Shown: positions 7,821-15,676, counted from the stretch's first letter. The stretch is DNA of 64,000 nucleotides from an uncultured Thiomicrospira sp. (GCA_965195345.1 OZ239628.1:1152001-1216000); one strand, 5' to 3'. The notes: generated by a model from the sequence alone, not told the origin. Made by a program: numbers and translations.

Positions 7821-8221
7821 GCAAAACAGCACAAGAGTTCCAAATAACGAAAACAACTAAAATATTTTCGCAAGCCAACAAAAATAGGAAGAAAGGCGAA
7901 AAGCCAGAATATTTTGAGATTATGGAAATGAATGAGCTGATGCCTATTGACCCATTGACAAACAAACTATATGAGCTAACAGCACCAGCACCAACCAAAG
8001 CCAAAGCACCAACCAAGCGAAAAGCACCAACCAAGCGAAAAGCACCAACCAAAGCCAAAGCACTAACCAAAGCCAAAGCACCAGCAAAGCGAAAAGCACC
8101 AGCCAAGCGAAAAGTAAGATCAATTATGTGTAAGGAAGGGCTTAAGGGTAACGGCGCATTAAAAAAGGGGCATAGGTTCTTAAAAGGTGGGCGCGTAGTT
8201 AAGGCAAAAGCAAAAAAATAA
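7817..8221 (+). CDS. Lys/Ala/Pro-rich histone H1-like basic protein
   Basis: Seven AP(T/A)K(A/R)K-type hexads; very basic C-terminus GALKKGHRFLKGGRVVKAKAKK; ATGA coupling. Confidence 0.65.
   Translation: MSKTAQEFQITKTTKIFSQANKNRKKGEKPEYFEIMEMNELMPIDPLTNKLYELTAPAPTKAKAPTKRKAPTKRKAPTKAKALTKAKAPAKRKAPAKRKVRSIMCKEGLKGNGALKKGHRFLKGGRVVKAKAKK
7988..8113. repeat. 18-bp tandem repeat x7
   Basis: GCACCAACCAAAGCCAAA / GCACCAACCAAGCGAAAA units. Confidence 0.9.
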
Positions 8222-8314
8222 TTCCGTAGTATTTTCAGAAAGAACATTTACCAGGGCAAAAAAATAATTCCGTAGTATTTTCAGAAAGAACATTTACCAG
8301 GGCAAAAAAATAAT
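8210..8314. repeat. Perfect 46-bp tandem duplication (2 copies + 13 bp)
   Basis: GCAAAAAAATAATTCCGTAGTATTTTCAGAAAGAACATTTACCAGG at 8210-8255 and 8256-8301. Confidence 0.95.
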
Positions 8315-8516
8315 AAAGCCAAATAGAAAAAGTCATCACGTGGTTAAAAACCCGTCTGGGGGATGGAGTGTAAGAAAATACGGATCACGGCGTGTCTCAA
8401 AAACTTTTCTTACACAAGCTGAAACCATAAAGTATGCAAAAAATATCAGTGATACACAAGGTTCACGGCTTATTATTCATCATCGAGATGGGAAAATAAA
8501 TTCAAACAAATTTTGA
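8313..8516 (+). pseudogene. DUF2188-like small protein lacking an ATG start
   Basis: Translation KPNRKSHHVVKNPSGGWSVRKYGSRRVSKTFLTQAETIKYAKNISDTQGSRLIIHHRDGKI fits the DUF2188 pattern HVV..GGW.V..TQ.EAI..IH.RDG.I; begins at ATA. Confidence 0.7.
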
Positions 8517-8615
8517 TAATTCAAAAAGATAAATAAAGAAAGATAATGAACGGCATTATATTTTTGCTGTAAGTCTTTGATTTTGAAGATAAGTTGCGTA
8601 TGAAGATAATCACGA

Positions 8616-8960
8616 ATGGAGGCTAAAAAAGGTGCTTATAACGTGTTGATCAATCAATCGCGTGCTTTTGGGTTGGTCGTGGTCGTGATTGCTCAACGTC
8701 CAACGGAGATAGACAAAACAACATTCAATCAAGCGGACTTGATCCACATCTGGCGAATACAAGGTAATGATAGAAAATCACTTTCAAAATCAATTGGCAT
8801 TGATGATGGCGCACTACCTGATGAAAATCTAAAATTCATTCAATGGGAAGCATCAAAGGGCTTGACGATTAAAAAAGGCAATTTACAATTTGTTAAAAAA
8901 GGCAATAAAACAATTCCAACGTTCTATAATGGTGAGCGAAAAATGGAAATTAAGCTATGA
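8616..8960 (+). pseudogene. C-terminal half of a second P9-like packaging ATPase (no Walker A/B)
   Basis: NQSRAFGLVVVVIAQRPTEIDKTTFNQA aligns with NQSRALGANVLVLAQKPEEIDKSTLDQA of 731-1390. Confidence 0.8.
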
Positions 8961-9250
8961 GCGCAAACAAACAATTATTGACTATATCAGGATTAGGAGA
9001 CAAGGCAAATCATGCAATATATGGTGCGTCATTTTCCTTGTTGGGTACTGTTGCATTTGCTAACCTTGCAACAACAGACATCAGTAGTACCTATGCATTA
9101 GGGTTTGGGCTTGCTTGTGGTGTTTTCCTTGCTGGAGCAGTTGAAATATACGATCTTATTTCTGGACGTGGTACGCCCTCTTTTCTTGATTTTCTTGCAA
9201 CGATCAGCATTCCCGCTTTGTTATTCGCCATTGCATTACTCATGAAGTAA
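8957..9250 (+). CDS. Small multi-TM protein (VanZ-like pattern)
   Basis: DKANH...AGAVEIYD...GTPSFLDFLAT; about three hydrophobic segments; ATGA coupling. Confidence 0.65.
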   Translation: MSANKQLLTISGLGDKANHAIYGASFSLLGTVAFANLATTDISSTYALGFGLACGVFLAGAVEIYDLISGRGTPSFLDFLATISIPALLFAIALLMK

Positions 9251-9278
9251 TATATCCCCCCAATGGCGAAAACATGTG

Positions 9279-9305
9279 AAGCACCCTGCGGGGTGCTTTT
9301 TTATT
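9279..9305 (+). terminator. Rho-independent terminator
   Basis: AAGCACCC-TGCG-GGGTGCTT followed by a T-run. Confidence 0.8.
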
Positions 9306-10314
9306 CTTTTTTTATCAGGACTGTAAAATTGCCATTTTCGTCAACTTCAATCATGTCGTTTTCTTCAGGATCGAAATCTGCAGGAAAGATTGTTTTTTCG
9401 TTATAATACGCCCCTTGTAACTTCGCCTCTTGTAACTCCGCCCCTTGTAACTCCGCTCCTCGTAAATCCGCTCCTCGTAAATCCGCCTCTTCTAAATTCG
9501 CCCCTTGTAACTCCGCTCCTCGTAAATCCGCCCTTTGTAAATCCGTCCCTTGTAAATACGACCCTTGTAACTTCGCCACCAGTAAGTTCGCCCCTTGTAA
9601 CTTCGCCAGCAGTAAGCTCATCCCTTGTAAATTCGCTCCGAAAAAATTTGCAACCTCTGATGACTCATTTATTTGCTTTATTTGTTCATTTGTTGGATCT
9701 TCGGGTGCATTGAGTTGTGCCTCACTGGTAAGTATCAAGCCATCAGTAGCACTATCAATTTGATCGGAAAAAGCTGGATAATTTCTTCTTAATGTTGCTA
9801 ATGACTTAACACCAATACAACGACTTACTAATTCAGGTGATGTAATCAATATAAAACCATTGGACAGAATTGCAGTATGGATGCTCTTGTCTGATTTTTC
9901 AATATGCTCCTGTGTCTTTTCAATTTGTTCTCTGGTGTCATGTGTTCTGAAATACCATAAACCAATAAATACAGGCAACCCCAATAATAAAACTCTTATT
10001 GAACTCGCTGCGTAACTTTCTTGAGACTCATTACCATCAAAGGATAGAAGTTCAATGATGCAATCAGAAAAGAGAGTAGTTAAAAACATGCCGACAATAG
10101 AAAGAATTATTAAACTTATAAATCGCCCTTTTTTTGTTTGTGTAAGGCATTCCCAAATCTTCATTCCTTTTTTCTTTTTTTGCTTAAACCATTCGATTCT
10201 TTGTTTAGAACTGGTGGAGAAAAAACATAAAAGAAAAATGGCAACTACTAAAGTAATAAATTGCTTTAGCATCGGGCTAAGACTAATTTGCATGATCCAA
10301 TTTTCAATATTCAT
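9301..10314 (-). CDS. Membrane-anchored pentapeptide-repeat protein (paralog 2)
   Basis: Three hydrophobic segments, LLLGLPVFIGLWYFRTHDT, 17 pentapeptides, TIFPADFDPEENDMIEVDENG tail; AGGA RBS. Confidence 0.9.
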   Translation of the reverse strand: MNIENWIMQISLSPMLKQFITLVVAIFLLCFFSTSSKQRIEWFKQKKKKGMKIWECLTQTKKGRFISLIILSIVGMFLTTLFSDCIIELLSFDGNESQESYAASSIRVLLLGLPVFIGLWYFRTHDTREQIEKTQEHIEKSDKSIHTAILSNGFILITSPELVSRCIGVKSLATLRRNYPAFSDQIDSATDGLILTSEAQLNAPEDPTNEQIKQINESSEVANFFGANLQGMSLLLAKLQGANLLVAKLQGSYLQGTDLQRADLRGAELQGANLEEADLRGADLRGAELQGAELQEAKLQGAYYNEKTIFPADFDPEENDMIEVDENGNFTVLIKKE

Positions 10315-10329
10315 TTTTCATTCCTTTTT

Positions 10330-11307
10330 TTATTCTTCTTTTATAGGGTTGCCATTTTCGTCCACTTCAATCATGTCGTTTTCTTCAGGATCGAAATCTG
10401 CAGGAAAGATTGTGTATCTGTCATACTTCGCCCTTTGTAACTTCGCCTCTTGTAACTTCGCCCCTTGTAAATACGCCCCTTGTAACTTCACCTCTTTTAA
10501 ATTCGCCCATTGTAAATTCGCCCCTTGTAACTTCGCCCCTTGTAAATACGCCCCTTGTAACTCCGCCCATTGTAAATACGCCCCTTGTAAATACACCCCT
10601 GTTAACTCCGCCCCTTGTAACTTCGCCCTTTCTAAATTCACCCCTTGTAACTCCGCCCCTACAAAATTTGCAACCTCTGAATTCTTTATTGCTCCTATCT
10701 GTGAACCTGGTACTTTTTGTGGATTGGCTCTTTCTTTGCTGGTGAGTATCAAATCTTTAGTAACATTATCAATTTGATTGGTAAAAGCTGGATAATTTCT
10801 TTTTAAAGTTGCTAATGACTTAACACCAATACAACGACTTGGTAATTCAGTTGATGCCAGTAAAGTATAAGCATTGGATAGAATTGCAGTATGGATGCTC
10901 TCTTGTGCTTTTTGGATTTGTTCTCTGGTGTCATGTGTTCTGAAATACCATAAACCAATAAATACAGGCAACCCCAATAATAAAACTCTTATTGAACTCG
11001 CTGCGTAACTTTCTTGAAATTTATCACCATCAAAGGATAGAAGTTCAATGATGCAATCAGAAAAGAGAGTAGTTAAAAACATGCCTACAATAGAAAGAAT
11101 TATTAAACTTATAAATCGCCCTAATTTTGTTTGTGTAAGGCATTCCCAAATCTTCATTCCTTTATTCTTTTTTTGTTTAAGCCATTCGATTCTTTGTTTA
11201 GAACTGGTGGGAAGAAGACATAAAAGAAAAATGGCAACTACTAAAGTAATAAATTGCTTAAGCATCGGGCTAAGGCTAATTTGTATGAGCCAATTTTCAA
11301 TATTCAT
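10330..11307 (-). CDS. Membrane-anchored pentapeptide-repeat protein (paralog 3)
   Basis: N-terminus nearly identical to paralog 2; 17 pentapeptides; same tail. Confidence 0.9.
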   Translation of the reverse strand: MNIENWLIQISLSPMLKQFITLVVAIFLLCLLPTSSKQRIEWLKQKKNKGMKIWECLTQTKLGRFISLIILSIVGMFLTTLFSDCIIELLSFDGDKFQESYAASSIRVLLLGLPVFIGLWYFRTHDTREQIQKAQESIHTAILSNAYTLLASTELPSRCIGVKSLATLKRNYPAFTNQIDNVTKDLILTSKERANPQKVPGSQIGAIKNSEVANFVGAELQGVNLERAKLQGAELTGVYLQGAYLQWAELQGAYLQGAKLQGANLQWANLKEVKLQGAYLQGAKLQEAKLQRAKYDRYTIFPADFDPEENDMIEVDENGNPIKEE

Positions 11308-11343
11308 TTTTCATTCCTTTTTTTGATTATTAAGTGAATTGTG

Positions 11344-11370
11344 AAGCACTCTGCGGGGTGCTTTTTTATT
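11344..11370 (+). terminator. Second copy of the 9279 terminator hairpin
   Basis: AAGCACTC-TGCG-GGGTGCTT followed by a T-run. Confidence 0.7.
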
Positions 11371-12424
11371 TTTTGTTTATCGGGTAGCCATTTTCGTCTA
11401 CTTCAATCATCCCATGATCTTCAGGTTCAAACCCTGGAGGGAATTTTGTTTCAGTATCATAAAAAGCTCCATCTAAAAGTGCCGTATCTAATTTGGAATT
11501 CAAGTCCGAGGAGAGCATGCTATTAACATCTAAACCAAGTGCCTTTGCCACTTGATGATTCATGTCTGCTGGGCAAAAGCATGCACCTTGTAAGTTAGCA
11601 CCTTGTAATTTACTTTCCTTAAAATCTACCTCTATAAAAGTCGCATTTTCAAAGTTTGAATACCTTAAATCAGAATAGGAAAAATCAACAAAATGCGAAA
11701 TACTATTGGGAAAATTCATCCCTGAAAGATCCACATACATAAGGCGTAATCTTTCCTTATTATCAGAAAAACCGTTTAAAGAAAGAGCAGTAGTAGATTG
11801 ATCAAGTTGAGTTTGGATAACTGAACTTTCAACCGTTTGCTTCAATACAGCCAATGTGACTAATCCAAGTCTACGGGCATTGACATTATTAGTGCTAATT
11901 AAATTTAATCCATTTGATAAGATGGAGGTGTAAGTGTTCTCCTGTGATTTTTCAATCTGCTCTTTTGATTGGGTAGTCTGCTTATGTGATATTTCAATCT
12001 GCTCTTGTGATTTTTCAATCTGCTCTTGTGTCTTTTCAATTTGTTCTCTGGTGTCATGTGTTCTGAAATACCATAAACCAATAAATACAGGCAACCCCAA
12101 TAATAAAACTCTTATTGAACTCGCTGCGTAACTTTCTTGACGCTCATCACCATCAAAGGATAGAAGTTCAATGATGCAATCAGAAAAGAGAGTAGTTAAA
12201 AACATGCCTACAATAGAAAGAATTATTAAACTTATAAATCGCCCTTTTTTTGTTTGAGTAAGCCCTTTCCAACCGAACCGTCTGAACCATCGATAATACT
12301 TCTTGAAAAAAGCATAAACTTTTGACTGTTTTAAGAATTCTGTTCTTGATAAATTAACAAATTGTTTTATTTTTATTTGTTTCAACCATTTCCAATACTT
12401 CTTAATCCATTCAAAAATATTCAT
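11366..12424 (-). CDS. Membrane-anchored pentapeptide-repeat protein (paralog 4, mosaic)
   Basis: Shares the near-identical TQTKKGRF...RTHDTREQIEKTQE block with paralogs 2/3; distinct basic-aromatic N-terminus; five heptads; degenerate pentapeptides. Confidence 0.85.
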   Translation of the reverse strand: MNIFEWIKKYWKWLKQIKIKQFVNLSRTEFLKQSKVYAFFKKYYRWFRRFGWKGLTQTKKGRFISLIILSIVGMFLTTLFSDCIIELLSFDGDERQESYAASSIRVLLLGLPVFIGLWYFRTHDTREQIEKTQEQIEKSQEQIEISHKQTTQSKEQIEKSQENTYTSILSNGLNLISTNNVNARRLGLVTLAVLKQTVESSVIQTQLDQSTTALSLNGFSDNKERLRLMYVDLSGMNFPNSISHFVDFSYSDLRYSNFENATFIEVDFKESKLQGANLQGACFCPADMNHQVAKALGLDVNSMLSSDLNSKLDTALLDGAFYDTETKFPPGFEPEDHGMIEVDENGYPINKK

Positions 12425-12460
12425 TTTTCATCTCTTTTAGTTTTTGAGTAAGTGAATTTT

Positions 12461-12658
12461 ACCCTCTCCGTCTGCGAAAGTTAAAAGGTTGCTTGGCACG
12501 CGTCTGCATGTGTTTTGTATAAGTCGCTTTTAATTATTAAATGATTGTTTTACTTTGGGGAAAGAATGAACAAAAGCACAATGAAAACGATTACGGGCGG
12601 TGGTATTTACTGTTGCGGTCGCGTTCACAACGGGCTAACGCCTTAAGAAGGGTATTTT
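12461..12658 (+). pseudogene. Duplicate late promoter + frameshifted P7 fused to a 25-bp capsid-gene remnant
   Basis: 12461-12633 matches 2823-2994; 12634-12658 matches 3674-3698 (3 mismatches); -35 mutated to TTGGCA; capsid CAA codon changed to TAA. Confidence 0.9.
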
Positions 12659-13407
12659 TAAAAAGATAGTGTCGTCTTTACGGCTAATGCCAAGCCTAAA
12701 ACGCCTAAGATTGTTATAACTATTTTTTTGTAGGTTTTATCAGATGTTCCAGCAAACCGTTTGGATCCTATAATAACCCCGATAATAAGCGCGGGTAAGA
12801 GCCAAATGGTACGGATTGTTGAAGTTTCGGTGAATAAGCCTTGAGCATATCCGCTGAGTGTTGCATAGAAACCAGTGAAAAAGAAAACAGTTATCAGTGA
12901 AGCACGCAAGTGGGCAATTTTGATGTCGGTATTTAACAATAATACGACAATCCACAAGCCACCAAAGGAGAATAATCCCGACATGAAACCTGAAATGCTA
13001 CCGATCACTGTCCAGCCTTTAACGTTGTTTCGAATTGGTAGTTTGAAGTTTATAAGATACAGTGTAACTGCCGTAATCAATGCTGCTGATACGAGTATGC
13101 GCGTCAATTCAACGGGGATTTTTAATAGTAGAAATTGTCCTAAAGGAATCATTACTAAGGAACACAAGAAGAGTACACCAACCATTTTCCATGCTATTTC
13201 TTTCCATACTTGATTCGCCATTTGAATGCTGGCAACGATCTCAAGCACGATTACTAAGGGTACTATTTCTTTGGTTGGTAGGAAGAATGATCCTGCTACT
13301 ACAACGATGGCAGAAAAACCAAAACCAGCATATCCACGGGTTATGGCGGCAAGAAGTACTATTGCCGAAAGCAGTCCATATTCAAGATTGCTAAATACAG
13401 CCGTCAA
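12658..13407 (-). CDS. Sulfite exporter TauE/SafE family protein
   Basis: RGYAGFGFS motif, multiple TMs, 249 aa. Confidence 0.85.
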   Translation of the reverse strand: MTAVFSNLEYGLLSAIVLLAAITRGYAGFGFSAIVVVAGSFFLPTKEIVPLVIVLEIVASIQMANQVWKEIAWKMVGVLFLCSLVMIPLGQFLLLKIPVELTRILVSAALITAVTLYLINFKLPIRNNVKGWTVIGSISGFMSGLFSFGGLWIVVLLLNTDIKIAHLRASLITVFFFTGFYATLSGYAQGLFTETSTIRTIWLLPALIIGVIIGSKRFAGTSDKTYKKIVITILGVLGLALAVKTTLSF

Positions 13408-13412
13408 TTAAA

Positions 13413-14693
13413 TTAATGGCGTGAGTACACTAAATCGCCTGATTTAATGGTGTAGTGAACGATTCCAGGTAATTCCCAGTTTATAAAAGCATTGTTCTTT
13501 CCTTGACTAAGCAACTTGTCTTCAGTAACGAGCCATGAACTGTCTGCGTCAAATATAAATACATCCGCTTTATCACCCACTCCAAGACGACCTGCGCTTA
13601 GCTCTAATGCATTTGCAGGATTATGCGTTATCTTTTGCAGAATATCTTGCAGCGGCATGTCGATTTCTTGTGCCAGTTTAAGAGCAACGCTGAAAAAGGT
13701 GTCAAGACCGCTGTTCCCGTGTTGTGCCAATTCATACGGCAGTAGATAATCATCCAAACGCCAAGGGCGGTGATCACTGCATATAATGTCAATCGTTCCG
13801 TCTTTGAGTGCTTCGCGCAAAGCTTGTTGATCTCGTTGAGTGCGAAAAGGTGGCATAACACGCCCAACCGAGTTGAATCCAGCACTGTCCATGCTAGTGA
13901 ACATAAGATGGTGAATAGTCGTCATCGCAAAGATGCTCAAGCCATCCTCTTTTGCTTCGCGAATCAATTTCAATGATCGAGCGCAGCTCAACGGGCCTAT
14001 GAGAACTCTTGCTCCTGATTTTTCAATGAGTTTCAATAATCTATATAGCCCGATTAATTCATTTTCTTCAGGCACCGTCGGTATTCCGTGGCGTAATGCA
14101 ATCTCATCGTCATTGGCAATTCCATTATTAAGCCAAGGCTCATTTGGTTGCATTATGATTGGAAGATCTATGGTTGCGGCGTACATTAAAGCGTGCAGTA
14201 GCGTTTTAGTATTGATGATTGGCACATCGGCATTACTTAATGCTACACATCCCGCTTCTTTAAGTAAGTGCATCTCTGCAAGTGTTTCTCCATTCAAACC
14301 GCTGGTTAAAGCTCCACTGGCAAATACTTTTGCAGTGTTTGCTTTGATGGCTCTATTGACGACCAATTCTGCTGCTGCTGCTGTATCAATTATGGGTTGT
14401 GTGTCGGGTGGGCATATCAATGTAGTACAACCGTGAGCGACCGCAGCTTTTGTTTCAGAGAGAATAGTGGTTATGTGTTCATGACCGGGTTCACGCATAC
14501 GTGCTTGAGCATCAACCAATCCTGGTGCTACAATCAAACCACTTGCATCAATGACTTGTTCACCCTTCTGCGCTTTAATTGGTTCATTTGAGAGTTGTTT
14601 GATGCGTCTATTTTCTATCAATAGATGCGTAATTTGATTTACGCCGTTGGTAGGATCAATCAAAAGACCGTTGTTTATTATTAAACGACTCAC
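13413..14693 (-). CDS. pyrC: Dihydroorotase-like protein, probably the inactive PyrC' ATCase partner
   Basis: APGLVD-AQAR-MREPG (HxH missing), PPFRT, CSDHRP; follows pyrB. Confidence 0.85.
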   Translation of the reverse strand: MSRLIINNGLLIDPTNGVNQITHLLIENRRIKQLSNEPIKAQKGEQVIDASGLIVAPGLVDAQARMREPGHEHITTILSETKAAVAHGCTTLICPPDTQPIIDTAAAAELVVNRAIKANTAKVFASGALTSGLNGETLAEMHLLKEAGCVALSNADVPIINTKTLLHALMYAATIDLPIIMQPNEPWLNNGIANDDEIALRHGIPTVPEENELIGLYRLLKLIEKSGARVLIGPLSCARSLKLIREAKEDGLSIFAMTTIHHLMFTSMDSAGFNSVGRVMPPFRTQRDQQALREALKDGTIDIICSDHRPWRLDDYLLPYELAQHGNSGLDTFFSVALKLAQEIDMPLQDILQKITHNPANALELSAGRLGVGDKADVFIFDADSSWLVTEDKLLSQGKNNAFINWELPGIVHYTIKSGDLVYSRH

Positions 14694-15676
14694 CCTGCCC
14701 CCACATTGTTTAATATTTCACTCGCTTTGTCTGGGCGAGCAATCAGCATTAATACAGCCATTCGGATAGCGATACCTTCGGTAACTTGTTGTAATATGAC
14801 AGAGCGTTCGCTATCAATTAAAGAAAATTCCATTTCAACACCGCGATTTACTGGACCGGGATGCATAACGATGGCATCAGGTTTTGCTTTTTCCAGTGCC
14901 TTGTTTGTTAATCCGTAACGATGATAAAACTCACGCTCCGTTGGGAAAAAAGCGTGTTCCATTCGTTCTTTTTGCAAACGTAATCCGATAATTACATCGG
15001 CATCTTTTAATCCTTCTTCAAGATTGTGATACACACTTACACCTAAGTTGACGGTGCAAGGCGGCACTAATGTTTTTGGACCAATAACGCGTATTTCGAG
15101 TGCGTCTAATGTATTGAGAGCGTGAATTTGAGAGCGTGCAACTCTTGAGTGTAGGATATCACCTACTATGGCTACTTTCAAGCCTGATATGCTTCCTTTT
15201 ACACGTTTGATTGTTGCCATGTCAAGCAGAGCTTGTGTAGGGTGTGAATAGCTTCCGTCTCCTGCGTTGATTATGGATACGGATGAGTTAGCGTGTTTTG
15301 CAAAGAAGCTGGCGGCGCCGCTAACGTGATGGCGGATGACGAATAAATCAGCGCCCATAGATTCTAAATTGTGTATGGTGTCGAGCAATGTCTCGCCTTT
15401 CTTAGTTGCAGAGTTATTCATATCGAGACTAATGATATTAGCTCCAAGATTTTTCTCGGCAATCTGAAAAGTTGTACGAGTGCGTGTGCTTGGTTCGAAA
15501 AATAGATTGAAAATTGAAATATCTTTTAATAGCGATTGCTTAATGGGGTTGCGATCCGCATCCATGAAAGCATCTGCTAAAGATATGATTTTTTCTATTA
15601 AACTTTTACTTAAGCCGTCAATCGTTAATAAATGTTTTAGGTTCCCGTCGGAATCAAGTTGCATTCTGTTAATCAT
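14690..15676 (-). CDS. pyrB: Aspartate carbamoyltransferase catalytic subunit
   Basis: FFEPSTRTRTTF, HPTQALLD, MHPGPVNRG. Confidence 0.97.
   Translation of the reverse strand: MINRMQLDSDGNLKHLLTIDGLSKSLIEKIISLADAFMDADRNPIKQSLLKDISIFNLFFEPSTRTRTTFQIAEKNLGANIISLDMNNSATKKGETLLDTIHNLESMGADLFVIRHHVSGAASFFAKHANSSVSIINAGDGSYSHPTQALLDMATIKRVKGSISGLKVAIVGDILHSRVARSQIHALNTLDALEIRVIGPKTLVPPCTVNLGVSVYHNLEEGLKDADVIIGLRLQKERMEHAFFPTEREFYHRYGLTNKALEKAKPDAIVMHPGPVNRGVEMEFSLIDSERSVILQQVTEGIAIRMAVLMLIARPDKASEILNNVGAG

Larger units (their letters stand above)
1..8221 (+). mobile_element. PM2/corticovirus-like (double jelly-roll, tailless) provirus, copy A; left end lies outside the window
   Basis: Co-oriented, often translationally coupled genes in PM2-like order: FtsK-HerA packaging ATPase, P7-like, P2-like capsid, P3/P8/P10-like, spike, P5-like, holin. 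No terminase, portal or tail genes seen. Confidence 0.85.
8616..12657 (+). mobile_element. Degenerate second corticovirus-like provirus (copy B) carrying a pentapeptide-repeat gene array
   Basis: ATPase C-half, then antisense pentapeptide genes, then a duplicate promoter/P7/capsid remnant; same order as copy A. Confidence 0.8.

Noticed and set aside
7708-8247. 179-aa hydrophobic minus-strand ORF
   Set aside because: Antisense of the 18-bp repeat gene; the plus-strand ORF is coupled to the operon.
8210-8314. Possible CRISPR array or iterons
   Set aside because: Units are directly adjacent with no spacers, there are only two full copies, and no cas or rep gene is in the window.
9279-11370. 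Integron attC sites flanking cassettes
   Set aside because: The repeated hairpin is a short GC stem plus T-run (terminator-like), lacks RYYYAAC/GTTRRRY ends, and no integron integrase is present.
1422-12424. Diversity-generating retroelement acting on the pentapeptide genes
   Set aside because: No reverse transcriptase and no template/variable repeat pair with adenine-specific differences is visible; one outside the window cannot be excluded.
12461-12633. attL/attR pair with 2823-2994
   Set aside because: The repeat is internal viral sequence (promoter + P7), diverged and fused to a capsid remnant, so it is better explained as a second decayed copy.
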